A stretch of 64,000 nt of DNA, from contig CAYVEK010000002.1 in NCBI GenBank assembly GCA_964450605.1, positions 87,681 to 151,680 on the forward strand, given 5' to 3'. The notes beneath the pieces were generated by a model that did no database searches, was not told the DNA's origin, and was given only the letters and a program-made list of their open reading frames with translations. Numbering within the stretch: the first letter of the stretch is position 1; each line of letters begins with the position of its first letter. The DNA comes from an uncultured Candidatus Saccharibacteria bacterium (GTDB lineage: Bacteria > Patescibacteriota > Minisyncoccia > Phycocordibacterales > CAIZLB01). The translations under genes and the position numbers were made by a program. Of this stretch, positions 54,386 through 64,000 are shown one piece after another.

Positions 54386-57106
54386 CTATTTTGCAATGAC
54401 TCCCCCGAGCACAAAGAGCAGGTATGCATAGTCAGCTCTGGTTGAGGCATATCTAGCCTTTAGGTTTGGATTATTTGAGTAGCGATCTATGTTTTTGATA
54501 GATCTTTTTATCTTCTCAATAAGTAGGGTTAGTTGTTTCTTTTGTTCATCAATAGTTCTTTTTTCTAGCTGATCGAGATATTTTATATATCTTGTTTTTA
54601 GATAAAAACCTGTGGTAGATGATGCGAGTCTTTGTTTTGTAATCTGTAGCTTTTCTTCGAATGTCTGCGTGGTCGTGGTAGCTTGTGATATCTCTATGGA
54701 ACCGTTTTTTGTTATATCTATAACACTTGTTGGAGTTATATACTCCTCTATATGCAAATCTGGTATAGATAGCACCGCATGATTATTTTGCATTGTGATG
54801 ATTGCGGGCATATATAGCGGAATATGCTCATATGTTTGAACTTGTATATTTCCTGTTGTTGGAGAGTTTGTTATATGAGCAACAGTTGTTGTTGATATGG
54901 CTCTACTTTGTATCTGCACTGATATATGTTTCGAAGAATTATCATTATCGTTCAGTTCAATATATTCTAAACCTTTATCAAAAGTTTTAAGCCCTACCTC
55001 ACCTTTTGACTCTATAAACGAGCTCGATATGTTTTTGTATGTTATAGGCTTTCCTTTCGTTGGTAAAATGCGCAGCTCAATAGGTTCAGCAAGAGGTTCA
55101 AGATCTTCTATAATAAGCCTACTGTATGTTTCTGCTTTTATATCTAAACCACTAGATGCAGTAGGGATATTATCAGAAAGTATATTATATATGTGTTGTC
55201 GAATACTCCCTTCATTCATCATATCGGCATGGGTATATCCAGTATCACTTAGATCAACTTCTGTTGTTATACCTGTTCTACCTCCACCCCGCTCAACAAC
55301 GCCATCTCCCATATTGTCATATAAAGGAATAGCTCTTTTAGTATGTTCTATAAAACCACTAACAGTTGGAACTCCGACACCGACTATTTGAAACTGTTGT
55401 ACACTTTGAATCTGTTCGCTTTGTATATATGAATGTATAGCCTTAGCTTTTTCAAATAAGTCGTGGTTAAAAACAGTAGAGCCTGTACGCAATACTTGGT
55501 TAAATTCTTCAACTGTATGTACAGCACTAGCACCAACTGCCATATCTCCAACATAATCAAAATATGTTTTTTGAGGAAGCAACATATACGCAGTTGGCAT
55601 ATTTTTTCCAAGATCTTTTGCCACAGAAGATTTTAGTATAAGCCCTCCCGCAACAGATTGTTCGTGGCCAAATAAAAGTGAAGTAACGGCTTGTGGTGTT
55701 CCATGCTCAGGTATGCCAACATATACAACCTTATCTATAGGTAGATATATATCGTGCTTCTTGGCATAGGCCAATAGATAACGAACGATCAATCCACCAT
55801 TACTGTGCGTAACCAAAGTCACCTTACCTGTTTTCGAATCTTTTGCTGATTGATATATCGAATCAAGTATATATCGAGTAAATGTTGACGTTCCATTTGA
55901 AAGCAATACTCCCTCTTGAAGCAGGGTGTCCGGCGCAAATCTCCAATCATATGGAACACTATCAAAATGACGTATGACTTTTTTAGAAACTAGGCTGTTC
56001 ATATCAGATACAAAGTCTTTGTATATAGACTTATCAAGCAATACTCCTCCAAAAATATTTGTTTTAGATAAAATATCTCTTGTATATATACCAGGTTCTA
56101 CAGCTTCTCCGTATTTATTCATAAAGAGTTTTTTAACATCAGCATTTCTGTTTGGTTCCCATAGCTGATTTTCATATCGACTATTTTTTTGATACAAACG
56201 ACTCCCCATGAGTCCTGGAAAAAATAAAACATTTGAACAGCATATAGTTAGATCTTTTCTGTTCTTTGTTTTCGACCATGGTGTGAAATGTATATTACCA
56301 AGCATCTTATTTAGAGGTTGAAGATCTGGCTGAGTTGAAGTGCCGAACCAGTTATCTGTTGCGTCTAAAGGTCGAAAAGATTCGGTGTCAACATCTTGTA
56401 CTATAGCGTACTGATTTTGATTAAAATCTGTTTTGTGTACAGATAGATTAGACGTCTGTACGAGTATGGCTTTATTATTTGCTTCAAAAAGTGAGTCTTG
56501 TATGTTTACGGTAGTGTTATCAAAACCATATATCCCCATATCAGTATTAATAAAATCAGAATCCCGTACATCAACAGTACTTGAGCTAAACAACTCTATA
56601 CCTTTACCTTTCCAATTTTTAAGTTTTGTATGTTTTATCATGAGCTTAGACTCTTTCCATACATTTATAAATCTGCCTGCTCCAAAACTGTCTGTGTATA
56701 AGTTGTCTATAGATATATCTGACTTGTTCCATCCGCTCATAAAAGAAGAATTGTTTTTTCCTATCAGTTTTACATGTTGTACATATGCACGATAGTTATC
56801 ACCTGATATAAGAGATGATGACATATTGTTTGCAGTGAAGACTGTTGGTTTTAGTTCTGTACCCAAAACAGATAACGAAGAGTTTTTAAAAAATATCGAT
56901 TTTTCAAACCTGACTTCGACACCAGAATCTATGCGCAAATCAGCATTTAAAAAGGTTGTCGAAGTTTTAACAACATATGGACTACCAGCCTTTGTCCATA
57001 CCACCGGTTTACTATATAAACCACCAACAATGGTTTCGGCATATATATGTTTTGGTGCACATGCACAAAGTATGCACATAATCGTGAAATATATTTTCAT
57101 GTACAC
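54386..57106 (-). CDS. Large secreted protein: N-terminal right-handed beta-helix-like repeats, a central alpha/beta-hydrolase of the LCAT/PGAP1-like lipase type, and a C-terminal coiled coil
   Basis: Signal peptide; LVTHSNGGLIVRYLL resembles the GHSMGG nucleophile elbow of LCAT/PGAP1-like lipases. Confidence 0.5.
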   Translation of the reverse strand: MYMKIYFTIMCILCACAPKHIYAETIVGGLYSKPVVWTKAGSPYVVKTSTTFLNADLRIDSGVEVRFEKSIFFKNSSLSVLGTELKPTVFTANNMSSSLISGDNYRAYVQHVKLIGKNNSSFMSGWNKSDISIDNLYTDSFGAGRFINVWKESKLMIKHTKLKNWKGKGIELFSSSTVDVRDSDFINTDMGIYGFDNTTVNIQDSLFEANNKAILVQTSNLSVHKTDFNQNQYAIVQDVDTESFRPLDATDNWFGTSTQPDLQPLNKMLGNIHFTPWSKTKNRKDLTICCSNVLFFPGLMGSRLYQKNSRYENQLWEPNRNADVKKLFMNKYGEAVEPGIYTRDILSKTNIFGGVLLDKSIYKDFVSDMNSLVSKKVIRHFDSVPYDWRFAPDTLLQEGVLLSNGTSTFTRYILDSIYQSAKDSKTGKVTLVTHSNGGLIVRYLLAYAKKHDIYLPIDKVVYVGIPEHGTPQAVTSLLFGHEQSVAGGLILKSSVAKDLGKNMPTAYMLLPQKTYFDYVGDMAVGASAVHTVEEFNQVLRTGSTVFNHDLFEKAKAIHSYIQSEQIQSVQQFQIVGVGVPTVSGFIEHTKRAIPLYDNMGDGVVERGGGRTGITTEVDLSDTGYTHADMMNEGSIRQHIYNILSDNIPTASSGLDIKAETYSRLIIEDLEPLAEPIELRILPTKGKPITYKNISSSFIESKGEVGLKTFDKGLEYIELNDNDNSSKHISVQIQSRAISTTTVAHITNSPTTGNIQVQTYEHIPLYMPAIITMQNNHAVLSIPDLHIEEYITPTSVIDITKNGSIEISQATTTTQTFEEKLQITKQRLASSTTGFYLKTRYIKYLDQLEKRTIDEQKKQLTLLIEKIKRSIKNIDRYSNNPNLKARYASTRADYAYLLFVLGGVIAK

Positions 57107-57183
57107 ATAGTTACATATGTGTATTCAAGAACATCCAAAGAAAACATAAAGACCACCCGAAGGTGGTCTTTATGTGTATGAGA

Positions 57184-57627
57184 TTATTCTGCTGACTCTT
57201 CTGCTTCTATATCTGCAGCATCTGCTTCAGCGATAGGAGTTCGAACCATCTGCATCTTAAGTCGTTTGTTGATCTCCTTAACAGCTTTGTCTCGGATGTA
57301 ATACAACTTAGCTCGTCGTACTTTTGATCGTTTTACGATCTCAACCTTATCAATGTTTGGAGAATATAGAGGGAAAATTCTTTCTACTCCGTATCCGTTT
57401 GAAGATTTTCGAACAGTGAATGTTGCTCCACTTTCTGTACCATGTTTTCGAGCGAGTACCATACCCTCAAAAACCTGAAGACGAGTTTTACCTTTTTCCT
57501 GGATCTTCTGGTGTACACGAACAGTGTCTCCTGATCGAATATCAAGAGCTTTTCGAGCGTTTTTATCTACTTGTGACAGTGTTATAGCCATAGGGACATT
57601 TTTAGCATATTTGAGGGTAATAATCAA
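57184..57627 (-). CDS. rplS: 50S ribosomal protein L19 (probable start at MAITLSQV)
   Basis: RSGDTVRVH...FEGMV is the L19 signature. Confidence 0.9.
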   Translation of the reverse strand: MIITLKYAKNVPMAITLSQVDKNARKALDIRSGDTVRVHQKIQEKGKTRLQVFEGMVLARKHGTESGATFTVRKSSNGYGVERIFPLYSPNIDKVEIVKRSKVRRAKLYYIRDKAVKEINKRLKMQMVRTPIAEADAADIEAEESAE

Positions 57628-57667
57628 GGGGACGGGTCAAAAAGGGCTTGGCTGTATAGGCTAGGGT

Positions 57668-60538
57668 TTAAAACCCTATTCCACCTTTACTTTCAGCTGG
57701 TTTAGGTTCTTCTTTTTTATACTTTTTCATAATCTCGTCTTCCACAATATCTCTATCCTGACCATATGATAGATATGATAACTCTTTAAGGTTTTCCACT
57801 ATGGCCATATTTCCCTTTTCATGAGGCATCATCTGTATATTAAATGGCTTTGTAGGTTTTCCATAAGCCAACATCTTAATGTAAGCATTGAGGTTATCTA
57901 TATTCATAATATCACTAGCTTTGAATATAGGTTCGAACTGTTTTTCCAAAAACTCTGCATCAGACGCACCAACTCGAAACACAACCATATTTCCAACGTT
58001 TCCAAATACAGAGCTTTTTATCTTATCATCGAGCTGATCGATAAACTGATGAGCAATACTTAGAGACAGCTTATATTTTCGAGCCTCAGAGAGAATAGTT
58101 GAAATAGACGGAGTTGTTACGTTCTGGAACTCATCTATATATAGATAAAACGGAGGCATATCTTTACCAAAAGAGTCTACTCGAGACAAAGCCGCCATAA
58201 GTATCTTACCTACAATGATAAGTCCGATAAGACTTGAGTTAATCTCTCCCAATCGTCCCTTTGCCAAGTTTACAAGCAATATCTTTTTACTATCCATGAT
58301 CTCACGGAAATTAAAACTAGACTGCTCCTGAGCAATGATAGGTCTCATAATATCGTTAGCAAGAAAGACATCGAACTTTGAAGTGATATAAGGGACCATG
58401 TTTGCGAGTCCAGACTCTCCACTTGTTTTCTCAGCAATCTCAACCCAGAATTGTTTTACTATAGGATTTTTACATCGAGAAACTTTCATGTCACGAAAAC
58501 TTTTGACTGCCATAACTCGTGACACATCAAGCAATGTACATCCTGTTGAAGGGTCTTCTATAACCAGCATAGTTGCGTTTCGGAAATATTGCTCAAACAT
58601 AGGACCCATGGACTCTGGAACACCGCCGTACAGTTTTTGGAAAATACTAAAGAGCTCGTTTACCACAAATGTTTTTTGCTCAGGATATGCAGGATCATAC
58701 TCGAGCATGTTAAGCGCCATCGGACGTTCTGTATAACTTGGATCAAAATAAATCACATCGTTGTACCGCTCGGGCGGAATCTTTGACAAGATATCTTGCA
58801 CATCATTTCCATGAGGATCTATAAAACAAACACCATCACCATTTTTGATATCTTGTACGATCAGATTTTTTAAGATACTAGATTTTCCCACACCTGTTTG
58901 TCCAATCACATACATGTGACGCAAACGATCTTCTGGTGCCATGTATATCATCTGTTCGACATTTCGATGAATATTTTTACCAAGCAAAACTCCTTCTCGA
59001 GGAAGATCTAATGGTGCCGGAGCAGTTCCGGCTTTAGATTGTTTAAGTTGAGGAGCGTTACTACCACTTGAGGCAACCGGAAAGTGCATAACTGTCGAAA
59101 GTTCTCGTAGAGACATCGGTAGTATTGTTTGATCGTCAAATGATCGAAATACAAAATCTTCGACCAGCTGATCAAGCTTGCCTTTTTCTTGTCTTTTCCA
59201 AACAAAACTATTTCCGAGTGTGTTTGTGAACTGATTGAATCCTGATTCAAGATCAGAAAGTATAGCTTCAGCACGAGAGCGATTATTTGCCGATGCGAGG
59301 ATACGAATGTTTGTCTCAACAATAGGACTACTAATCTTTTGCGTTATCTGTTCTATTGCAACCTGATCGATGGCGATATCTTTTTTATCAGAATCTTTTT
59401 TAGAACCTGCCATATCTTTTCCAAGCTCAGCCGCTGCTTTTTTGAACTGACCCCAGATAGTATGTTGTATATCAATCGCCTCTTTAACTTTGTCTCCTTT
59501 ACGAATCTTATCAAGAGACTCTTTATAGAGCTTTGTATAATAATTTCCAACCTGATTAAATGTAATCTGAATAGACGCACCTTCACCTTCTCTATTTATC
59601 TTAGACAATGTGTTCAAGATGACGTTTATAGGATCATGATCAAATTGATCATATGTTTTTATTGGATAGACATCATTGTTTCCATAACTTGCAACAGAGC
59701 CAACAACTATACCTTCTGCATTGAAGATATTGTAATCATCGTGCTGTATTAAAAGGTTTGCTCCTGGAAAAACAGATGTAACATGTTTTTCAAATAAATC
59801 CGTCTTATCATTTGGAACAGACGCATAGAAGATAAACTGTTCACTTCCGTCAGCAACAGCAACTTCGATGGTCATATGATTTCGACTATCACCATGTTTT
59901 TTACCCGCCTCACTGATAGACATCATTCCGGCATAAAACTGCTCCATCGCAGACAACATCTCTTTGAGCGGACGAGCTCTATCTTGTTTGCCTTCTTTGT
60001 CATAATCAGGCAAAGCAACTTCATACAACGTGTGGCTCAAAGTTTTCTGTAAAGGTTCACCTTCTTTTAGACCAACCGGTTGCATTCCTGCTTTTATATA
60101 CTCAGCCAAAAATCTATGAAAATCATCCTCAAGATGAGGGTTACCTGTTTTTTTAACTATAGCCAAGGCATTATAAATACCTTTTTCAAGCATGATAGTG
60201 AAAAACTGTTCCATGTCTTTATCGTGGGTCTCGGGTGATAGCTTGAGAACAATCTCAGTTGCAGCTTTCTCAACTTGAGCAGGAGTCGCTTTGTATACCT
60301 CATGTAATAAATCACGTCCTGATTGTTTGTGGTAATCTTGAATCTCCTCTTTGATAATCTCATCAAGTTCTTGTTTTGCACCAACAGACTCTTGGTGTTT
60401 TACACGCTCACGTAAATACGCCAACTCTTCTTCGATAGACGCAAAAGGGTTTTGCTCTGCAGATGATGCAGAGTTTTCTTTTTTCAAAGATTCATTTTGT
60501 TTCTTTTGCTCTTGTTCTCCAGAGGTTTGCATATACAT
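57668..60538 (-). CDS. Type IV secretion / conjugation-family ATPase (VirB4/TraC-like AAA_10 domain), orphan
   Basis: 956 aa. Walker A MYVIGQTGVGKSS followed by VCFIDPHGND, and Walker B YLYIDEFQNV. Large N-terminal non-ATPase domain. Confidence 0.55.
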   Translation of the reverse strand: MYMQTSGEQEQKKQNESLKKENSASSAEQNPFASIEEELAYLRERVKHQESVGAKQELDEIIKEEIQDYHKQSGRDLLHEVYKATPAQVEKAATEIVLKLSPETHDKDMEQFFTIMLEKGIYNALAIVKKTGNPHLEDDFHRFLAEYIKAGMQPVGLKEGEPLQKTLSHTLYEVALPDYDKEGKQDRARPLKEMLSAMEQFYAGMMSISEAGKKHGDSRNHMTIEVAVADGSEQFIFYASVPNDKTDLFEKHVTSVFPGANLLIQHDDYNIFNAEGIVVGSVASYGNNDVYPIKTYDQFDHDPINVILNTLSKINREGEGASIQITFNQVGNYYTKLYKESLDKIRKGDKVKEAIDIQHTIWGQFKKAAAELGKDMAGSKKDSDKKDIAIDQVAIEQITQKISSPIVETNIRILASANNRSRAEAILSDLESGFNQFTNTLGNSFVWKRQEKGKLDQLVEDFVFRSFDDQTILPMSLRELSTVMHFPVASSGSNAPQLKQSKAGTAPAPLDLPREGVLLGKNIHRNVEQMIYMAPEDRLRHMYVIGQTGVGKSSILKNLIVQDIKNGDGVCFIDPHGNDVQDILSKIPPERYNDVIYFDPSYTERPMALNMLEYDPAYPEQKTFVVNELFSIFQKLYGGVPESMGPMFEQYFRNATMLVIEDPSTGCTLLDVSRVMAVKSFRDMKVSRCKNPIVKQFWVEIAEKTSGESGLANMVPYITSKFDVFLANDIMRPIIAQEQSSFNFREIMDSKKILLVNLAKGRLGEINSSLIGLIIVGKILMAALSRVDSFGKDMPPFYLYIDEFQNVTTPSISTILSEARKYKLSLSIAHQFIDQLDDKIKSSVFGNVGNMVVFRVGASDAEFLEKQFEPIFKASDIMNIDNLNAYIKMLAYGKPTKPFNIQMMPHEKGNMAIVENLKELSYLSYGQDRDIVEDEIMKKYKKEEPKPAESKGGIGF

Positions 60539-60564
60539 ATATTATATAGGCAAACACCTTTCTA

Positions 60565-61050
60565 TCAAAGAGCTTTTCTCCAAATTGTTTTTGTAGTCTC
60601 TATTTCTTTTTTAGAACTCTCTTCACAAGGCAAGGCTTCTATCATATCGACGATGGAGCATATATCTTGTATTTCTTCTTTAGACAACTCTTCGTTACGT
60701 GGAGCTTCATCATTTGTTCTTTCAACCCACCGCCAGAGCGTATAAGAAATATCTTCATATGAAGAAGCTGAACTTACAACCTGTGCCAGCGCACTAAGTG
60801 CTCCTTTAGAAAAATATCGCCAAACTTTTGGATGAAGATCTTGAAAATTATTTTCATCTATACCCACCTCACCTAAAGCATCTGGATTTGTAACAAGTAA
60901 ATCTTTGAAATCTTTCCATGAATGCTCTCTATACCATTTGAACTCACCCCACTTTTCATGTTCCTCACAGCATCCGATGATATCTATATCTGCAAAAGGT
61001 GGTGTGTCTTTCTCAGGCCAGGATTCTATATGTGAGATGAGATTATTCAT
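60565..61050 (-). CDS. Acidic Trp-rich hypothetical protein, immediately upstream of and co-directional with the VirB4-like gene
   Basis: No known domain. Confidence 0.3.
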   Translation of the reverse strand: MNNLISHIESWPEKDTPPFADIDIIGCCEEHEKWGEFKWYREHSWKDFKDLLVTNPDALGEVGIDENNFQDLHPKVWRYFSKGALSALAQVVSSASSYEDISYTLWRWVERTNDEAPRNEELSKEEIQDICSIVDMIEALPCEESSKKEIETTKTIWRKAL

Positions 61051-61136
61051 ATGTATATATTAGCAGATATTTCACAGTGGACCAAAATGGATTATTTGAC
61101 AGTTGCACATACCCCCCATAGGTATATAATATATAC

Positions 61137-61409
61137 ATGCACGGGATACACAAAGATCATAAAAAAATAACAACTCGCTTAAAACGAATCCTTGGACAAC
61201 TACAAGGTGTTCAGAAAATGATAGAACAAGATGTCTACTGCATAGATATAATCACTCAAACAAGCGCCATCAAGAACGCCATCTCTGCTCTTGAGGATGA
61301 GATGCTTGAAAGCCACTTATCTCACTGCCTCACCGCACCTGAAAATAAAAATAGGCTCCAAAAGATGCAAAGTGAAATATTAAAAGTATATAAACTAAAA
61401 AGAAAATAA
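61137..61409 (+). CDS. csoR: CsoR/RcnR-family metal-sensing transcriptional repressor
   Basis: RLKRILGQLQGVQKMIE...C.DIITQ...H..C: the family W-X-Y-Z ligand positions are present. Confidence 0.8.
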   Translation: MHGIHKDHKKITTRLKRILGQLQGVQKMIEQDVYCIDIITQTSAIKNAISALEDEMLESHLSHCLTAPENKNRLQKMQSEILKVYKLKRK

Positions 61410-61410
61410 T

Positions 61411-61929
61411 ATGATCTCCGTTGAACATAAAAAATATATTACATACCTTCTCAAATATCTGGGAGTGGCTCTTATTGCCGGATCTGTTGTACATGTTGGA
61501 ACCCTACACAATGGAACAACTCGTTATATCGTGCTTGGAATTATTGGATTAGTTTTAATGATTTCGGGTAATATTTTAGAATCGAAACAAACTGGTGAGA
61601 AAATAGACTTCAAATATTTTGTACTTATAACTACCCTATCTCTAGCAACAGGATTCTTTTCTGGAGGAATACAACACTATTTAGATAACCCTCGGTATGC
61701 AGGATATCTACTGGCCACAGGTCTACTGTGTTCATATATCATTTTCTTTTTAAAAGACAAAACCAAACTACACACAAAAAACATACTCGTAGTTGCATTG
61801 ATTGCACTCGGTATAGTTGTTATATCTTTGAATTTGCCCTACAGCACAATCTCAGACCATCATTCACCTGTACAGCAGGAAAACTCACCGCACACAGACC
61901 CCCCTGGAACACCAGCACATACCCATTAA
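61411..61929 (+). CDS. Membrane protein with a His-rich C-terminal tail (HHSPVQQENSPHTDPPGTPAHTH)
   Basis: Four TM helices; His-rich metal-binding-like tail; 1-bp gap from csoR. Confidence 0.4.
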   Translation: MISVEHKKYITYLLKYLGVALIAGSVVHVGTLHNGTTRYIVLGIIGLVLMISGNILESKQTGEKIDFKYFVLITTLSLATGFFSGGIQHYLDNPRYAGYLLATGLLCSYIIFFLKDKTKLHTKNILVVALIALGIVVISLNLPYSTISDHHSPVQQENSPHTDPPGTPAHTH

Positions 61930-61951
61930 AAAAATAATTTAAATAAAAACT

Positions 61952-62353
61952 ATGAACTATAAACTTACAACAATAATATTGGCAGGAATACTCATCTTAT
62001 GTATCGGTTGGCAAATCGGATCAGCTGGACGACATGCTGAATACCGAGATCACAAGAAAATGATGATGGAAATGATGGGAGGTGAAGGAATGTCTATGAT
62101 GTCAAAAAAACATGACATGAAAAATATGATGGATGGAATGACACAAAACCTGCAAGGAAAAACAGGAGATGCTTTGGATAAAGCTTTTTTAACAGACATG
62201 ATTGTGCATCACCAAGGTGCTGTTGATATGGCAAAAGAATTACAGAAAGGAACAAAACGACCTGAACTACAAAAGATGGCAAATGATATAATACAGGTTC
62301 AAACAAAAGAGATAGACATGATGCAGAAGTGGTTGAGTGAATGGTTTAAATAA
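61952..62353 (+). CDS. DUF305 domain protein with an N-terminal Met-rich segment (MMMEMMGGEGMSMMSKKHDMKNMM)
   Basis: DKAFLTDMIVHHQGAVDMA is the DUF305 core. Met-rich motifs are typical of Cu(I)-binding proteins. Confidence 0.7.
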   Translation: MNYKLTTIILAGILILCIGWQIGSAGRHAEYRDHKKMMMEMMGGEGMSMMSKKHDMKNMMDGMTQNLQGKTGDALDKAFLTDMIVHHQGAVDMAKELQKGTKRPELQKMANDIIQVQTKEIDMMQKWLSEWFK

Positions 62354-62366
62354 TCAGAAGACTCAA

Positions 62367-62398
62367 CAAAAAAACACGGCGTGCCGTGTTTTTTTTGT
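62367..62398. terminator. Bidirectional intrinsic terminator (cacggc-gt-gccgtg with A-run and T-run)
   Basis: Palindrome flanked by A7 and T9. Confidence 0.6.
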
Positions 62399-62400
62399 TT

Positions 62401-62928
62401 TTATTTACCCTTCTCCATCAAATAGCCGTCATATCTAAACATAAGCGTTGAATTATTTTTCTGATACTCAGGCCATACACGAATCTCATTTTTACCAACA
62501 AATTCTTGTCCCCAGCTTTTATACTGATTGATTAGTACAGGTGTATCAGGTATAGACTTAAAATCTTTATCAAATTTTAAAGACAAATGCGGTTTTCCAT
62601 CTTTTGTCTCTACGCTCCACTTACCAGAACCTTCGGTTTTTGTAGGATCTGGAAACTCATATCCTTCTGGATAATCTCCAGCTTCACTATATGAATAAAT
62701 CTCTTTCATAGAAAAATTTCCTGTTGACTCAAGTGTGAGTGTCACACTCCCTGAATCACTTGCTCCTGATTGCCAAGTTCCAACCATAGTATCTCGAGTC
62801 ATTTTTACCTGAGGTGTAGAAGTTGCAGTGTTTTGAACAGGAACAATCACTGCCTCATTTTTATTTTTAAACCAGATGTATGATCCGATTGCGAGGAGGA
62901 TGATTATTAATAGTATTATTTTTTTCAT
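62401..62928 (-). CDS. Secreted/anchored hypothetical protein
   Basis: N-terminal hydrophobic anchor; no known domain. Confidence 0.35.
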   Translation of the reverse strand: MKKIILLIIILLAIGSYIWFKNKNEAVIVPVQNTATSTPQVKMTRDTMVGTWQSGASDSGSVTLTLESTGNFSMKEIYSYSEAGDYPEGYEFPDPTKTEGSGKWSVETKDGKPHLSLKFDKDFKSIPDTPVLINQYKSWGQEFVGKNEIRVWPEYQKNNSTLMFRYDGYLMEKGK

Positions 62929-62935
62929 GTGTATA

Positions 62936-63388
62936 TTATTTTAATGTAAAACTAAAAATTTCACTAATTTTTTCCACAGTATCAGTAAACTGATTATCAA
63001 AAAGCAGATATTTATCCAAATCTGAAAATGAAACCCATTTATATGCCCTTACCTCTTCTGGTTGAAGTTGTATATTCTGATCACTACCTACAAATCTAAA
63101 ACCAAAAAAGTGTCGTTCTGATCCTATGTACTCAACACCATCTTTCATCTTAGGTGTTTTAAATGTTGTAAAAAGAGGGTTTTTACTTTCACCTATGAGT
63201 TTGAGCAAGTCTCTATCTATACCCAACTCTTCTTTAATTTCTCTATATACTGCCTCTTGTAAAGATTCACCGTCTTCAACACCTCCTCCAGGTATGGCAA
63301 AATACTTTTCTTCAAATGAGTTTAGATTCACGAGAAGGAATTCTTGGCGGCTATTAACTATGAGTGCGGAGACACCTTTTCTGTACAT
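62936..63388 (-). CDS. NUDIX hydrolase
   Basis: Nudix box GGGVEDGESLQEAVYREIKEELGI. Confidence 0.8.
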   Translation of the reverse strand: MYRKGVSALIVNSRQEFLLVNLNSFEEKYFAIPGGGVEDGESLQEAVYREIKEELGIDRDLLKLIGESKNPLFTTFKTPKMKDGVEYIGSERHFFGFRFVGSDQNIQLQPEEVRAYKWVSFSDLDKYLLFDNQFTDTVEKISEIFSFTLK

Positions 63389-63392
63389 ATAA

Positions 63393-63710
63393 TTATTTAA
63401 TACTAATTGGCTTATAAATCTCGAACTTCTTCATACCATAACCATCCAAAATAATTTCTCTTAGTTCTGGAAACAACCGCTCTAACCTAAAATACATATG
63501 TGATAGCTCCACCCTTTTGGGTACAGAATCGTCAAGAGTATTTAGATTAAACCCTACATTCATAGAATATTGTATGTTCTGATCAAACTTCTGAATGTTA
63601 ATCAAGATACATGCTTCAGAGCCTTTAAAACCCAAATCCTTACCTGAGACATCAAAACCTTTTGAGGAAAAAATATTTTCTATTGTTGATTTAAATTCGT
63701 TAGTTTTCAT
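63393..63710 (-). CDS. Hypothetical protein
   Basis: No known domain. Confidence 0.3.
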   Translation of the reverse strand: MKTNEFKSTIENIFSSKGFDVSGKDLGFKGSEACILINIQKFDQNIQYSMNVGFNLNTLDDSVPKRVELSHMYFRLERLFPELREIILDGYGMKKFEIYKPISIK

Positions 63711-63727
63711 AGTAATAGTTTATTATC

Positions 63728-64000
63728 TTAATGGTTCTTATGGGGAGCAATACTTCTAATTTCAATACCTTTGACCCCTCCTATAAAATCACACGACATG
63801 GCTGCCTTAACAATATAGTATGCTCCATTATTTTCCTTGGGTATAGCTCTAAAATAAATTTCATCTCCTTGATCATCAAACTGTTGAATGTTTACAAATT
63901 CAGGATGCGATTTTAATATCATTTTTCCAGCGACTTCCATACATGATCTATAGTTCCATATATAATATCGGAAACCTACCGCAATAAGTAGAATCACTAG
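63728..64000 (-). CDS. Hypothetical protein (apparent GTG start at 63997; may extend past the window end)
   Basis: No stop codon before the window edge. Confidence 0.25.
   Translation of the reverse strand, partial: LVILLIAVGFRYYIWNYRSCMEVAGKMILKSHPEFVNIQQFDDQGDEIYFRAIPKENNGAYYIVKAAMSCDFIGGVKGIEIRSIAPHKNH

Noticed and set aside
1-64000. rRNA genes, CRISPR arrays, insertion-sequence transposases, integrases
   Set aside because: I searched by eye for long GC-balanced untranslatable stretches, short regularly spaced repeats, and DDE or tyrosine-recombinase motifs. None were found in this window.

Overview
This 64-kb window comes from an AT-rich, gene-dense bacterial genome with short intergenic regions and many small ORFs. 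By eye the background is roughly 35-38% GC. The gene content resembles a reduced-genome Patescibacteria/CPR organism, possibly Saccharibacteria-like; this is inferred from content only. Core content: a type IV pilus operon (pilM-N-O-P-like-pilB); a pentose-phosphate/glycolysis cluster with a transketolase N-terminal subunit, rpe, rpiB and a class I aldolase; def and csaA; ftsEX and prfB; an ECF sigma factor with a putative anti-sigma partner; leuS; rpsU-ybeY-ftsA-ftsZ; trxB; trmD; rplJ-rplL; rplS; and a csoR-type copper module. I found four tRNAs by hand: Gln-CTG, Thr-CGT, Val-GAC and Glu-TTC. There is no rRNA and no CRISPR array. Accessory content: (i) a region abutting the 3' end of tRNA-Gln, about 22.6-28.1 kb, with three small orphan genes each preceded by a conserved ~27-bp element, a KilA-N gene, a GC-rich B12-binding radical-SAM gene and two aminotransferases; (ii) several short GC-rich single-gene modules (roughly 50-65% GC) embedded in the AT-rich background, each with its own promoter, 5'UTR hairpin and/or terminator; (iii) three very large secreted proteins (a C-type-lectin/FN3/PG-binding protein, a PG-binding protein, and a beta-helix plus LCAT-like lipase); (iv) an orphan VirB4/TraC-like ATPase; (v) a duplicated tRNA-Val 3' fragment next to a frameshifted cytidylyltransferase. 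All functional calls rest on motifs and family resemblance recognised by eye in the translations; no database searches were run.
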